64,000 bases of DNA from Candidatus Saccharimonadales bacterium (GTDB taxonomy: Bacteria > Patescibacteriota > Saccharimonadia > Saccharimonadales > EFPC-124): assembly GCA_050730875.1 (NCBI GenBank), contig JBOHNX010000001.1, positions 77,827-141,826 of the forward strand. Direction: 5' to 3'. The number at the start of each line of letters is the position of its first letter. Position 1 is the first letter of the stretch. This document shows positions 1 to 9,810 of the stretch, in pieces. The notes under the pieces were generated by a model. The model saw only the letters and a program-made list of their open reading frames with translations, did no database searches and was not told where the DNA came from. Both the position numbers and the translations under genes were made by a program.

Positions 1-960
1 TACCGTGTCGCCCGGGAGACCAATGATGCGCTTAATAAGCTGCTCGCTTTGGCCGTTTATACCAATAATTGAACTGTCGAGTACAACAATTTGGCCGCGT
101 TCAGGAACGTAACGTTTGCCTTGCATGCCAGCGAGCGTTTTTTCGACTTTGTCGATAATTAAGCGGTCCTCGTTTTGCAGAGTGGGGGTCATGCTCGTGC
201 CATCGACATAGTACGACTGAAAAATGAACTGGTTAATTAAAAACGCGGCTAAAAAAATTCCGGCCAAAAATACTACAAACGATAGAAAGCCGCGGAAATG
301 ACGCCCACGCTTTTTTTCTTCGATTTGTCGTTGGATATCAGTGGAATTCTGTTGAGGGGTTTCGCTTATGCGGGAAGCAACGTCCTGCGACAGATGTTGA
401 GCAGGTGGCGCGTAGGTTGCTTCTACGGGGGGCGAGGCTGCGACGACAGGCTGGGGAGAGGGGGGAGTGGGCGATGGGGAAACCGCTGGGCGGAACCCAT
501 CCACTTGAGTAGTTGCACTTACCGCAGGTTGTGGTGGGGTTGGTGTAGGCGGTTCGGGGCTAAAAGAGTCAGCTGGGGGAGTGACCGGTCCTGGCGCTGG
601 GGGCGCAATAGGGGCCGGAGTCGGCGGTTGTGGTGGTGCTGTTGGCACCTGAGGCTCAGAAACAGGGGCAGGAGAGGGCACTGCTGGTGGAGGAGTTGGT
701 GCCGGTTGCGGTTGTTTATCCCAAGAAGGAGCAGGCGCATACAGATTTGTAGGTGCTGGGGCAGGGGGTGCTTGCGGTGCAGGCGGTGGAGCTGCTTCTT
801 CGCTAGCAAACGCAGATTCATCGATATCGCGCTGCAAAGGTGCCGGATTTTGTACGCGAGGCGGGACTTGCACGCCGTTATAAGGCCGCTGCGGTGGCAC
901 GGTGCCATCGTTCATTTGTGGCTGGGCAGGGCCGCCACTATTGTTTTTTGTCGGATCCAT
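1..960 (-). CDS. lepB: Signal peptidase I (S26 family), C-terminus cut by window edge; long Pro/Ala/Gln-rich N-terminal extension
   Basis: Absent from the ORF track because it runs off the window. The reverse-complement frame ending at nt 1 reads M(960)DPTKNN, then about 215 aa rich in P/A/Q, then a TM segment FLSFVVFLAGIFLAAFLI. This is followed by YYVDGTSMTPTLQNEDRLIIDK, RGQIVVLD and LIKRIIGLPGDTV. The SMxPTL Ser box and the IKRIIGLPGD box are signal peptidase I signatures. Confidence 0.85.
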   Translation of the reverse strand, partial: MDPTKNNSGGPAQPQMNDGTVPPQRPYNGVQVPPRVQNPAPLQRDIDESAFASEEAAPPPAPQAPPAPAPTNLYAPAPSWDKQPQPAPTPPPAVPSPAPVSEPQVPTAPPQPPTPAPIAPPAPGPVTPPADSFSPEPPTPTPPQPAVSATTQVDGFRPAVSPSPTPPSPQPVVAASPPVEATYAPPAQHLSQDVASRISETPQQNSTDIQRQIEEKKRGRHFRGFLSFVVFLAGIFLAAFLINQFIFQSYYVDGTSMTPTLQNEDRLIIDKVEKTLAGMQGKRYVPERGQIVVLDSSIIGINGQSEQLIKRIIGLPGDTV

Positions 961-1044
961 AAACTCTATATTACACGAGGTGTTCCGCAAAACGCTACGG
1001 TTTACTCGCAAAGCGAAAGACGGTATAGTTTTAGGAACGAATCT

Positions 1045-2700
1045 ATGCAGATACAGCAACCAAGTACCGATGGTTTTATTGTGCGAAGACGCCGTGCAGG
1101 TGGGACACCTTCGAGACCCCGAGCGACTTTGAACTCGCTAGACAAGGGTGTGCCAGAAAAGTACTTAGTAAATCCGGAAAAGAACAATTCTGCTCAGTCT
1201 AACCTTCCGCAGCTCGAACGCCGGGAAACTGCTGGCGTTACGGGCAACGGGTCATTAGCGTTGCCGACGCCGCGCCAGAAGATTGATCTCGATATGAATC
1301 TTGACGATAGCGGCGAGCCAGGTAAAAAGTCAAAAGTCCGCAAAAAGTGGCCACGTAAGCGAATTGTTAAATGGGCGCTTATTGGGCTGGCTATCGTTAT
1401 CTTGGCTGTCGGTGCTTTCTTTGCTTACAAAATTCTTATAACCGGTGGAAAAATCTTTAAAGGTAACTTGGTTGGCGCCTTCTTCTCGGAGGGTAAAGAA
1501 TTGAAGGTTGACGAGAACGGCCGAGCAAATATTTTGCTCTTCGGAACATCCGAGGATGATCCTGGGCACGACGGGGCTGACCTAACCGATTCGGTCATGA
1601 TTGTAAGCGTGCATCCAAAGAAAAAGAATGCCTTTATGGTAAGTGTACCTCGAGACCTCTATGTCGATTACGGCCGGGCTTGTGCAAGCGGCTATCGCGG
1701 AAAAATGAACGTTATCTATAGCTGTCATAAGAAAGAGGGTGAAGATGCTGCACAAGAAGCTATGCGCAAGAAGCTGGGCGAAGTCTTTGGCCTCGATATC
1801 CAATACAGCGTGCATCTTAACTACACGGCATTGCGCCAGGCAGTCGATGCTGTGGGTGGTATTACGGTAAACATTGAAAGTAGGGATCCGCGCGGTATTA
1901 TGGACCGCAACTTTGACTGGGATTGTCCAAAAGGCTCGGGTACCTGTTACAACGTGAAGTATCCGAACGGACCTGCGCAAATGGACGGAAAACACGCACT
2001 GTATTTAGCGCGTGCACGTGGTGCCGACCCGCTTGGTCGCACCTATGGGCTTGGCCAGGCTAACTTCGACCGCGAACAATACCAGCGAAAAATTTTAGTC
2101 GCCCTGAAAGATAAAGCCGTGAGTGCTGGTACACTGGCGAATCCAGTGGCGGTTAACAACTTGCTCGATGCGCTGGGTAATAATGTCCGCACTAATTTTG
2201 ATGCCGAAGAAATTAAGACACTTGTGAAGCTGGGGCAAGAAATTAAGAGCGAAAGCATCTCTTCGCTGCAGCTAAACGATCCAGAAGACCCACTGGTAAC
2301 AACCGGTAACGCCGATGGTCAGAGTATTGTCCGTCCAGAAAAAGGTCTGTATGAATATAGCGATATTCAGGCTGCTGTAAAGGCATATGCAACTGGTGAC
2401 CCTAGCATAATTGCCGAAAAAGCAATCGTCGATGTGCTTAATGCGTCCGAACAAGCCGGCGCCGCACAGACCCAGGCCGATAAGGTCACGGGAGCAGGCA
2501 TTAAGATAGGAATTATTGGCAATGCGCCAGCATCGCTCAACACTGCGCCAATTCAGCTTTACGACACCACCAACGGCCAGAAGCCAGGTACGCTCAAGAA
2601 GCTTGAAGAGTTGTTTGGAGTAAAGGCTAAGACTGGCAAGCCAGCTGGTGTTAACGCCACAGGAAACTTCGTCATTATCGTAGGCGCAAGTAGCGAATAA
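1045..2700 (+). CDS. LytR-CpsA-Psr (LCP) family cell-envelope glycopolymer transferase
   Basis: Starts at the in-frame ATG 1045 inside track ORF 298..2700. It has a basic N-terminus, a TM helix WALIGLAIVILAVGAFFAY, and the LCP core ANILLFGTSEDD...DLTDSVMIVSVHP...VSVPRDLYV. The 298-1044 part of the ORF is an R/W/G-rich antisense shadow of lepB. Confidence 0.85.
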   Translation: MQIQQPSTDGFIVRRRRAGGTPSRPRATLNSLDKGVPEKYLVNPEKNNSAQSNLPQLERRETAGVTGNGSLALPTPRQKIDLDMNLDDSGEPGKKSKVRKKWPRKRIVKWALIGLAIVILAVGAFFAYKILITGGKIFKGNLVGAFFSEGKELKVDENGRANILLFGTSEDDPGHDGADLTDSVMIVSVHPKKKNAFMVSVPRDLYVDYGRACASGYRGKMNVIYSCHKKEGEDAAQEAMRKKLGEVFGLDIQYSVHLNYTALRQAVDAVGGITVNIESRDPRGIMDRNFDWDCPKGSGTCYNVKYPNGPAQMDGKHALYLARARGADPLGRTYGLGQANFDREQYQRKILVALKDKAVSAGTLANPVAVNNLLDALGNNVRTNFDAEEIKTLVKLGQEIKSESISSLQLNDPEDPLVTTGNADGQSIVRPEKGLYEYSDIQAAVKAYATGDPSIIAEKAIVDVLNASEQAGAAQTQADKVTGAGIKIGIIGNAPASLNTAPIQLYDTTNGQKPGTLKKLEELFGVKAKTGKPAGVNATGNFVIIVGASSE

Positions 2701-2770
2701 ACTTCAGGAGAATCTCAGTTTGCTCCACTACCATTATGTTAGAAAGAGTTCTAGGTTATAATAAGCAGCA

Positions 2771-3538
2771 ATGATCGAGTTTATTAAGGCCAGAGGTAGG
2801 CGCACGCGCTTTAGTGAGATTTTCTACGTTATTTTTAACGCGTTGCTGCCAGTTGTACTCCTGCTCTTAGTCCGGGGGTTTGACCCACCGCTGCTGGCAT
2901 TTGCCTTAGTTTTCCTCAGTAAATGGCGCGTATTTGCCCTGCGCCCGCGTTTTTGGTGGCCTAACATCAAAGCCAATGCTGTCGATTTGCTTGTAGGTGT
3001 AAGTGCCGTCGGGCTGATGTACTTAGCATCGACTATGCTAGTGCTGCAGATCCTCATTGCTATTGCTTACGCTGCATGGCTGCTTATTGTTAAGCCGCGT
3101 TCGAGCTCGAAAGGCATAAAGCTACAGGCGGGTATTGCTCAGTTTGTCGGATTGCTGACACTGTTCCACTTCTCGATTGTCATTCCTGAGCTTATGGTAG
3201 TAGCTGGCTGCTGGCTTATAGGCTACGTGGTTGCCCGGCATGCCATCAGTAATTACGAAGAATCACATGTCGAACTATTTTCGGCCATCTGGGGCCTTGT
3301 TGTAGCGGAGCTTGGCTGGCTGCTATATCGCTGGACGATTGTGTATGATTTGGGTTTGCCAATAAAGATTCCACAGATGGTCCTTCTAGTGTTTGTGATT
3401 GGTTTTAGCGCTATCCGCATGTATCACCTGGCGAAGCACGAGCAACTTACTGCGCAAGCACTGCGCGGCACCGTTATTTTTGCGTCACTGCTTTTGGCTG
3501 CAATTCTGGTCTTTTCACCCTGGGACGCAACAGTTTAG
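2771..3538 (+). CDS. Polytopic integral membrane protein, unknown function
   Basis: 255-aa ORF with about 7 hydrophobic segments. A TATAAT box at 2757-2762 ends 8 nt before the ATG. No recognisable motif. Confidence 0.6.
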   Translation: MIEFIKARGRRTRFSEIFYVIFNALLPVVLLLLVRGFDPPLLAFALVFLSKWRVFALRPRFWWPNIKANAVDLLVGVSAVGLMYLASTMLVLQILIAIAYAAWLLIVKPRSSSKGIKLQAGIAQFVGLLTLFHFSIVIPELMVVAGCWLIGYVVARHAISNYEESHVELFSAIWGLVVAELGWLLYRWTIVYDLGLPIKIPQMVLLVFVIGFSAIRMYHLAKHEQLTAQALRGTVIFASLLLAAILVFSPWDATV

Positions 3539-3557
3539 CTAACATCGAGGAGGGAGT

Positions 3558-4751
3558 ATGGAGGCACCTGAGGCCAAAACACAAAAAGATGAGAGCGTGG
3601 AAGTGCCGAAACCCTTAGCATCTCCAAAAAAACGGAACCGGGTACTTGGTATACTAACTCCGTTGGTGGTTGGCTTGGTCGGCAGCTTTCTTGGTGCGTG
3701 GCTGCTGCTTGCGACTGGTTTGGTAAAACCCGATGTATCGCAAACCATTACGCAAAATCGCGAGAAGCTTGTCCTGCAAGAAGGTGAGATTGTTGCGGAC
3801 GTATTCAAAAAAGTTAGTCCAAGCACTGTAGCAATTACCACTGAGTCGGTTAGCCAGTCGCGGCGGTTCTTTGACCCCCAAGTTACTCAGGGTGCAGGGA
3901 GTGGCATTATTATTTCGAAAGATGGGTATGTGCTTACGAACAAGCATGTGGTGCCTGAAGGTGTCAACCGCGTCACAGTCATTTTGTCTGACGGCAGAGA
4001 GTTAAACGATGTACGCGTGGTAGGGCGCGATCCATTTAACGATATCGCATTCTTAAAAATAAACGGCGTGAACGACTTAACACCTGCTGCAATCGGTGAT
4101 TCTTCCCAGGTCGAACCAGGACAGAAAGTGGTGGCTATTGGCAACGCGCTAGGTATTTTCCGTAACAGTGTGACAGCTGGAATTGTTTCTGGTATTGGCC
4201 GGCCAATTGAGGCGCAGGATGCTAGTACCGGTGCTTCTGAAAAGCTAGAAAATCTCTTTCAAACAGATGCAGGGATTAACCCAGGCAATTCGGGCGGTCC
4301 ACTCGTCAACTTGAAGGGTGAGGTGATCGGCATCAATACAGCGGTATCGGAAGAAGGTGAAGCCATTGGGTTTGCTATCCCTATTAACGACGCCAAAAAC
4401 ATGATTGAATCAGTTTTAAAAGAAGGTAGGATTGTAAAATCCTACCTTGGTGTGCGGTATGTGACGCTAACGCCCGAGATTGCCAAAGGGGCAAATCTAT
4501 CTGTGAATGATGGTGCGCTGGTTGTTGGCAGTAATGGTCAGAGTGCAGTTGTGCCTGACAGTCCGGCAGCGAAAGCTGGACTGCGGGAAGGCGATGTAAT
4601 TACGAAGGTTAACGGTCAGGCAGTGACAATTCAATCAACCTTGGCAAGCAAACTGGCACAGTTTAAACCTGGCGAAAAAGTCGAACTTACCGTGCTCCGT
4701 GAAGGCAAAGAGCAAAAAATTACGGTGACGCTTGAAGAGTTCCGTCAGTAA
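3558..4751 (+). CDS. htrA: HtrA/DegP-family trypsin-like serine protease with C-terminal PDZ domain
   Basis: N-terminal TM anchor. Catalytic motifs LTNKHVV, DIAFLK and GNSGGPLVN, followed by a PDZ-like GLREGDVITKVNG. SD GAGGAGGGAG lies upstream of ATG 3558. Confidence 0.9.
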   Translation: MEAPEAKTQKDESVEVPKPLASPKKRNRVLGILTPLVVGLVGSFLGAWLLLATGLVKPDVSQTITQNREKLVLQEGEIVADVFKKVSPSTVAITTESVSQSRRFFDPQVTQGAGSGIIISKDGYVLTNKHVVPEGVNRVTVILSDGRELNDVRVVGRDPFNDIAFLKINGVNDLTPAAIGDSSQVEPGQKVVAIGNALGIFRNSVTAGIVSGIGRPIEAQDASTGASEKLENLFQTDAGINPGNSGGPLVNLKGEVIGINTAVSEEGEAIGFAIPINDAKNMIESVLKEGRIVKSYLGVRYVTLTPEIAKGANLSVNDGALVVGSNGQSAVVPDSPAAKAGLREGDVITKVNGQAVTIQSTLASKLAQFKPGEKVELTVLREGKEQKITVTLEEFRQ

Positions 4752-5559
4752 AAACCAGCGCATAGCCTTCGTGCGAGACTAGCGTAAAATGTTCGTTGGC
4801 ATAGGCGATTATGTCGTCGTGCTGGCGCGGATCTGCTTCGATGATTAGATAGCCTTTAAGTGATAAGAAGGCGGGCGCTTGGTCGATAAGCTGTTTTATG
4901 AGCGCTAAGCCCTTGTCTTCGGCGAAGAGGGCGATGCTCGGTTCGTAATTGGTTTCGGTCCCACGTTTCCAGCCTGCGTCGACGTATGGCAAGTTCGCGA
5001 CGATGATATCGTAGGGACCGCGGACCTTTTCGAGTAGATTAGAAGTAAAGAAACGGACCTTTGCACCAAGCTGCTTGGCATTGGTTCTGGCGACGCCAAG
5101 TGCGTCTTGGCTAATATCGCAAGCTTCGACCACCAGATGGGGATACTCTAGTTTAGCCGTAATGGCGATAGCACCGCTGCCCGTACCGACATCCACCAGA
5201 CGTTGGCCAGCGGTTGGCTGGATATCTTTTAAAAATGTAATGATTTGCTCAGTTTCGGGGCGGGGTGTAAGAACATCTGGCGTTACTTTAAATTCGCGCC
5301 CGTAAAATTCTTTGCTACCAAGGACGTAGGCCATTGGCATGCGTTTGAGCCGCTGTTTTAACTTTGCATTGAGCTGCTTGTTTGTTTTTGCATCAATAAT
5401 GTGTTCAGGATGGGCAAGCAACCAGGCTTTGTTCACCCCAAGAACATGAGCGGCGAGTACTTGAGAATCGAGCCGAGCAGTAGTAATATCGGCCTTGGTT
5501 AATGCTTGCTGGGCCCACTCAAGCCACTTGAGCAGCGTGAGCTTTGAGCTCTCGTTCAT
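4720..5559 (-). CDS. prmC: Release-factor glutamine N5-methyltransferase PrmC/HemK
   Basis: SAM motif [12 protein letters not shown] and substrate motif ANLPYV (an NPPY variant), immediately downstream of prfA. Track start 5589 would overlap prfA by 71 nt, so the internal ATG 5559 (MNESSKL) is preferred. The start remains uncertain. Confidence 0.85.
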   Translation of the reverse strand: MNESSKLTLLKWLEWAQQALTKADITTARLDSQVLAAHVLGVNKAWLLAHPEHIIDAKTNKQLNAKLKQRLKRMPMAYVLGSKEFYGREFKVTPDVLTPRPETEQIITFLKDIQPTAGQRLVDVGTGSGAIAITAKLEYPHLVVEACDISQDALGVARTNAKQLGAKVRFFTSNLLEKVRGPYDIIVANLPYVDAGWKRGTETNYEPSIALFAEDKGLALIKQLIDQAPAFLSLKGYLIIEADPRQHDDIIAYANEHFTLVSHEGYALVFTDGTLQASP

Positions 5560-6592
5560 AGGCTTGGAGTTTTTCGATAATGTCATCAATTTCCCCGTTT
5601 AGTGCACCTGGAATATTGCTGCGGCTATAGCCTATGCGGTGGTCGGTAATGCGGTCTTGCGGGAAGTTGTAGGTGCGAATTTTTTCACTACGGTCGCCAG
5701 AGCCAATTAGGCTGCGGCGCTCAGCGGCAAGTTTTGATTGCTCTTCGTCGATCTTCATTTGCAGCAAGCGCGAGCGCAGCACCTTCATGGCTTTATCTTT
5801 GTTCTTGATCTGTGATTTTTCGTCTTGGTTGGCAACAACTAAGCCGGTTGGCAAGTGAGTAATACGCACGGCTGAGTCGGTCGTGTTCACGCTTTGGCCG
5901 CCGTGGCCACTAGCGCGGTAGACGTCGATACGAAGGTCGTTGGGGTTAATTTGAATATCGGTTTCTTCGGCTTCGGGCAGGACGGCAACGGTGACGGTAG
6001 AGGTGTGAATACGGCCAGAACTTTCGGTTGACGGCACACGCTGAACACGATGCACGCCAGATTCAAACTTCAACGTGCTATAAACATCCGCGCCTTTAAC
6101 GCCAAAAATAATTTCTTTAAAACCGCCGACTTCGGATGGGCTTTCGCTAATGAGTTCGGTTTTAAACCCATGCGTTTCGCAGAAACGGGAGTACATACGG
6201 TAGAGCTCGCCGGCAAATAGGCTGGCTTCGTCACCACCGGCACCAGCGCGAATTTCGACTATGACATCCTTTTCGTCGTTTGGATCTTTTGGTGTGAGCA
6301 ATGTAAACAGCTCTTCATCAATGCGACTATACTCGGTTTCGAGCGCAGGAATTTCTTCTTTAGCCAGCTCGGCAAGTTCATCGTTACCACGCGCTAGGCT
6401 GGTAGCTTCTTCGAGCTGTTTGCGGAGGGATGCCTGACGCTCAGCCAGGTTTATAATCGTTTCGAGCTCGTTTAAGCGCTTGGTTTTTTTGGTGAAATCA
6501 GATGAAGAGTACGCATCGGGGCGCGCCAAAAAATCGTTCAACTCGCTTTGCTCAGCTTTTAACTGCTGTAGATTTAGTTGAACTTTAGCCAT
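5519..6592 (-). CDS. prfA: Peptide chain release factor 1
   Basis: GGQ motif [23 protein letters not shown] and the RF1-type P-S-T tripeptide ([14 protein letters not shown]). Confidence 0.95.
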   Translation of the reverse strand: MAKVQLNLQQLKAEQSELNDFLARPDAYSSSDFTKKTKRLNELETIINLAERQASLRKQLEEATSLARGNDELAELAKEEIPALETEYSRIDEELFTLLTPKDPNDEKDVIVEIRAGAGGDEASLFAGELYRMYSRFCETHGFKTELISESPSEVGGFKEIIFGVKGADVYSTLKFESGVHRVQRVPSTESSGRIHTSTVTVAVLPEAEETDIQINPNDLRIDVYRASGHGGQSVNTTDSAVRITHLPTGLVVANQDEKSQIKNKDKAMKVLRSRLLQMKIDEEQSKLAAERRSLIGSGDRSEKIRTYNFPQDRITDHRIGYSRSNIPGALNGEIDDIIEKLQAYERELKAHAAQVA

Positions 6593-6631
6593 AACTTACC
6601 GTGCCCCCGGAGTGGACTGGCCGCCACTGAG

Positions 6632-6961
6632 TTACTTGTCGTCTTTAGCTGCTTTTTTAGCGGCGCGAGTAGCGGCTTTTTTAGCCTTGTTGGCAAGAGC
6701 TGTTTGGCGGGCCTTAGCTGCTTCGGCGCGAGCCTTAAAGCGGTCAACGCGGCCTTCGGTGTCAACAAGTGTTTCTTTGCCGGTGTAAAACGGGTGAGAA
6801 GCGCTTGAGATGTACACTTCTACCAATGGGTATTCGTTGCCATCTTCCCATTTGGTGGTTTTGTCGGTCTTAGCCGTTGATTGCGTCAAAAACGCAAAGT
6901 CGGTTGAGGTGTCACGCACCACAACTGGACGATAGTCGGTTGGATGAAGGTTGCTTTTCAT
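6632..6961 (-). CDS. rpmE: 50S ribosomal protein L31, type B (no Zn-binding Cys), with Lys/Ala-rich C-terminal tail
   Basis: Starts at the internal ATG 6961: [17 protein letters not shown]...STAKT...[23 protein letters not shown]...GRVDRF. This is followed by about 35 aa of A/K-rich tail. Confidence 0.9.
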   Translation of the reverse strand: MKSNLHPTDYRPVVVRDTSTDFAFLTQSTAKTDKTTKWEDGNEYPLVEVYISSASHPFYTGKETLVDTEGRVDRFKARAEAAKARQTALANKAKKAATRAAKKAAKDDK

Positions 6962-6996
6962 AATCCAAGGTATTGTATCTGTTTTTCTCGAGAAAG

Positions 6997-8040
6997 TCAA
7001 AGGCCAATATATGAACGTAGCGGTTTTTTAGGAGCATGGCGTGAACTCCAGTACATCGCTAGGGCGATAAAGCCGATGCCAAGCGAGCCAACAGCCCATT
7101 CTGGTAGCTCGATGTGGTAGAGCTTGAGGAGCATAACCGAGCCCAAAAATGCAATTGCCCAGTGCGCGCCGTGCTCTAAGAATATGTATCGATTTAACAT
7201 TTTAGATCGCACCAAATGGATAGTCATTGCGCGTACCCAGACGGCACCGGCGCCAAGGCCGGCCATGATCAACACGACACTACTTGTTAGGGCAAAGGCA
7301 CCAATCACGCCGTCCAGCGAAAAGCTAGCGTCGAGCACTTCCAGGTACATAAATGCCGCAAATGCAGCCATGCCGACTTTGGTTTTGCCCGAAAGCGCGC
7401 TGCGTTTACTGCCGGCAAAAGCGGCATCGAGAAGTTTTAAGCCAATGTGCAGTGCCATTGCGCTGATAGCGGCAATGAGTACCGAAGCATGGTGCGCTGG
7501 GTCGACTGTAGCGTACAGCACGATCGAAACGAGCAGCAAAATGAAGGTGGTAATGTTATCGAATCGGCCCAATTTGCCAAGGCGTCTTTCTAAGAATTTC
7601 AGCCAGTGGGTTTGTTTTTCGTAATCGATAAAGTAGCTCAGAGCGATCATTATTAGAAATGTGCCGCCGAAAGCACTGATGACAGGTTCTGCCTTGGCAA
7701 GTGCTTGCTCGTATTCGTGCGGATGCTGCAAGGCGAGGTTTAACACTTCAACAAATCCGAGACCCGCAGTAAGCATCACAATCAAAATCGGCATGATAAA
7801 CCGCACGACAAACACAGCGGTAAAAATACCGGCGGTCATGAAGAGCTTTTGCCAAAAAGCCGACATGGTAACGAGTACTTTGCTATTAACAACGGCATTG
7901 TCGGCGCTAAAGGTTGTTTCGAGCAGGGTTAGGACGATCACTGTAAACAGTGCGCTCCAACCACCCCAAATGGCGGCTGCCACCCAAATAAGCAATGTCG
8001 CGCTGGCGGCAAACCAGTAAATCTTCAGTAATTCTTTCAT
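6997..8040 (-). CDS. TerC/DUF475-type integral membrane protein
   Basis: Polytopic membrane protein with [18 protein letters not shown] and [18 protein letters not shown] repeat motifs typical of TerC/DUF475. A minus-strand TACAAT (8053-8048) overlaps the first ATG and ends 7 nt before ATG 8040, so 8040 is taken as the start. Confidence 0.7.
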   Translation of the reverse strand: MKELLKIYWFAASATLLIWVAAAIWGGWSALFTVIVLTLLETTFSADNAVVNSKVLVTMSAFWQKLFMTAGIFTAVFVVRFIMPILIVMLTAGLGFVEVLNLALQHPHEYEQALAKAEPVISAFGGTFLIMIALSYFIDYEKQTHWLKFLERRLGKLGRFDNITTFILLLVSIVLYATVDPAHHASVLIAAISAMALHIGLKLLDAAFAGSKRSALSGKTKVGMAAFAAFMYLEVLDASFSLDGVIGAFALTSSVVLIMAGLGAGAVWVRAMTIHLVRSKMLNRYIFLEHGAHWAIAFLGSVMLLKLYHIELPEWAVGSLGIGFIALAMYWSSRHAPKKPLRSYIGL

Positions 8041-8369
8041 CCGCTCCATTGTAGCGCATGAGTGTTCAATGCCACCAGCTTAGCTGCGACGTGTGATGTG
8101 TTGCATAAGGCGACGCAGTGGGATGCGCATGGTTCGATGTCTCGGTGTGTATGCTTCAGGTGTAGCTGGTAATTTTGGCAGTTCTTGCGTGGGTGGGTAA
8201 ATTTTGTCTGCATAGCGGTATTCGCCAGTCGGGCACACAACAGAGATATTCTTCTAGACAAACAGGGGTGAATGCTGTAAACTGAGCGTTGTAACAATTT
8301 TTAATGACACACCTCGCGCATAAAATCCTCCCGAAAGGGTACAAGGCGCGGGGGAGGAGAAGGATTTTT

Positions 8370-9083
8370 ATGGCAGTAGCCGTAGATATTAAGGCTTTGC
8401 TCGCTGCAGGCGTGCATTTTGGCCACAAAACAAGCCGGTGGCACCCTAAAATGGCTCAGTACATTCACAGCAAGCGTGCTGGCAGCCACATTATTGACCT
8501 CACTAAAACTGTTGAGGCTCTTGAAAAAACTCTACCGTTTATTACTGAAACGGTGCAGAGCGGTAAGCAGGTACTATTTGTTGGTACCAAGCGCCAAGCA
8601 AAAGAACTCGTGCGCACAGCTGCTAAAGACTGCAATATGCCATTCGTCGTAGAACGCTGGTTGGGTGGTTTGCTTACCAACACGCAAACTGTGAATGCGC
8701 GTATTAAGCACCTGAAGATGCTTGAAACCCGCATGGCTTCTGGCGAGCTGGCCAACCGCTACAACAAACTCGAGGTTCAACGCTTCCAGGAAGAAATTGA
8801 CAGCCTCAACTTTAAATACGGTGGCATTAAAGAACTGAACGGCCGCCCAGGTGTAATGTTTGTAGTAGATGTGGTTGCCGAAGAAAACGCTATTAAAGAA
8901 GCACGCCGTCTTGACATTCCTGTAGTAGCAATTGTCGACACCAACGCCGACCCAGACCTTGTTGACTACGTGATTCCAGCAAACGACGACGCTATTAAAA
9001 GCATCCAGATTATTGCCGAGTACGTAAAGCAGGCAGTTGCCGAAGGTATTGCTGCTCGCAAACCAGTCGAAGCTAAGAAATAG
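8370..9083 (+). CDS. rpsB: 30S ribosomal protein S2
   Basis: Internal ATG 8370 preceded by GGGGGAGGAGAAGG. Sequence MAVAVDIKALLAAGVHFGHKTSRWHPKM..., followed by tsf. Confidence 0.95.
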   Translation: MAVAVDIKALLAAGVHFGHKTSRWHPKMAQYIHSKRAGSHIIDLTKTVEALEKTLPFITETVQSGKQVLFVGTKRQAKELVRTAAKDCNMPFVVERWLGGLLTNTQTVNARIKHLKMLETRMASGELANRYNKLEVQRFQEEIDSLNFKYGGIKELNGRPGVMFVVDVVAEENAIKEARRLDIPVVAIVDTNADPDLVDYVIPANDDAIKSIQIIAEYVKQAVAEGIAARKPVEAKK

Positions 9084-9092
9084 GGGAAGTAT

Positions 9093-9692
9093 ATGGCAAA
9101 CGTATCACTCGAAGAAGTAAAGAAACTCAAAGACCTTACCGGTGTTGGTTTGACCGATGCCAAGAAGGCACTTGTTGACGCCGACGGCGATTTCGACAAA
9201 GCTCTCGCCGAAATGCGCAAAAAAGGTCTAACCAAGGCAGAAAAGCGTGGCGAACGCGAAGCGAGCCAAGGTTTGGTAGACGCCTACGTGCACGGCGGTC
9301 GTATTGGTGTACTGGTAGAAGTTAACTGCGAAACCGACTTTGTGGCTCGCACAGACGACTTTAAAAGCCTGGTACACGACGTTGCTATGCATGTGGCTGC
9401 AACTTCGCCGCTTTACGTGAGTGTGGACGATGTTCCAGCTGATGTGCGCGACGCCAAGGCTGCCGAATTTACCGAAAAGGTAAAAGCCGAAGGCAAGCCA
9501 GAAAACATCGCTGGCCAAATTGTCGAAGGCATGCTGAAGAAGCACTTTGCAGAGCAATGCTTGCTCGAGCAGCCATTCGTCAAAAACCCAGACCAAACTG
9601 TTGGTGAGCTCGTAAAAGAGCACATCGCTAAGCTTGGCGAAAACATTGTGGTTCGCCGCATGGCCCGTTTTGAGCTTGGTGTAAGCGAATAA
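9093..9692 (+). CDS. tsf: Elongation factor Ts (short form)
   Basis: VKKLKDLTGVGLTDAKKALVDADGDFDKALAEMRKKG (UBA-like N-terminus) and VEVNCETDFVARTDDF. Confidence 0.95.
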   Translation: MANVSLEEVKKLKDLTGVGLTDAKKALVDADGDFDKALAEMRKKGLTKAEKRGEREASQGLVDAYVHGGRIGVLVEVNCETDFVARTDDFKSLVHDVAMHVAATSPLYVSVDDVPADVRDAKAAEFTEKVKAEGKPENIAGQIVEGMLKKHFAEQCLLEQPFVKNPDQTVGELVKEHIAKLGENIVVRRMARFELGVSE

Positions 9693-9705
9693 TTTAGCCT
9701 AAAAA

Positions 9706-9745
9706 ACAGATGGGAATAGCACTTTTGTTAATTCCATCTGTTTTT
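9706..9745 (+). terminator. Rho-independent terminator after tsf
   Basis: ACAGATGGGAAT (9706-9717) pairs with ATTCCATCTGT (9731-9741) and is followed by a T-run. Confidence 0.7.
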
Positions 9746-9810
9746 ATTTGGCTCGGCATTGTATAGTGGCCTCACAATAATCAATCTCTAAGGAAGAAAA
9801 AGCAGAAAAC

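Noticed and set aside
519-908. Minus-strand 129-aa ORF (H/L/R/Q-rich)
   Set aside because: It is in the wrong minus-strand frame. The frame ending at nt 1 gives a clean signal peptidase I.
298-1044. N-terminal 249 codons of track ORF 298..2700 (R/W/G/C-rich)
   Set aside because: This is an antisense shadow of the Pro-rich lepB N-terminal region on the minus strand. The LCP homology begins only after the in-frame ATG 1045.
8050-8300. yybP-ykoY (Mn2+) riboswitch upstream of the TerC/DUF475-like gene
   Set aside because: The reverse complement lacks the conserved GGGGAGUAG and UUGACAUA/AGACC elements. The gene also appears leaderless, since a TACAAT box ends 7 nt before ATG 8040.
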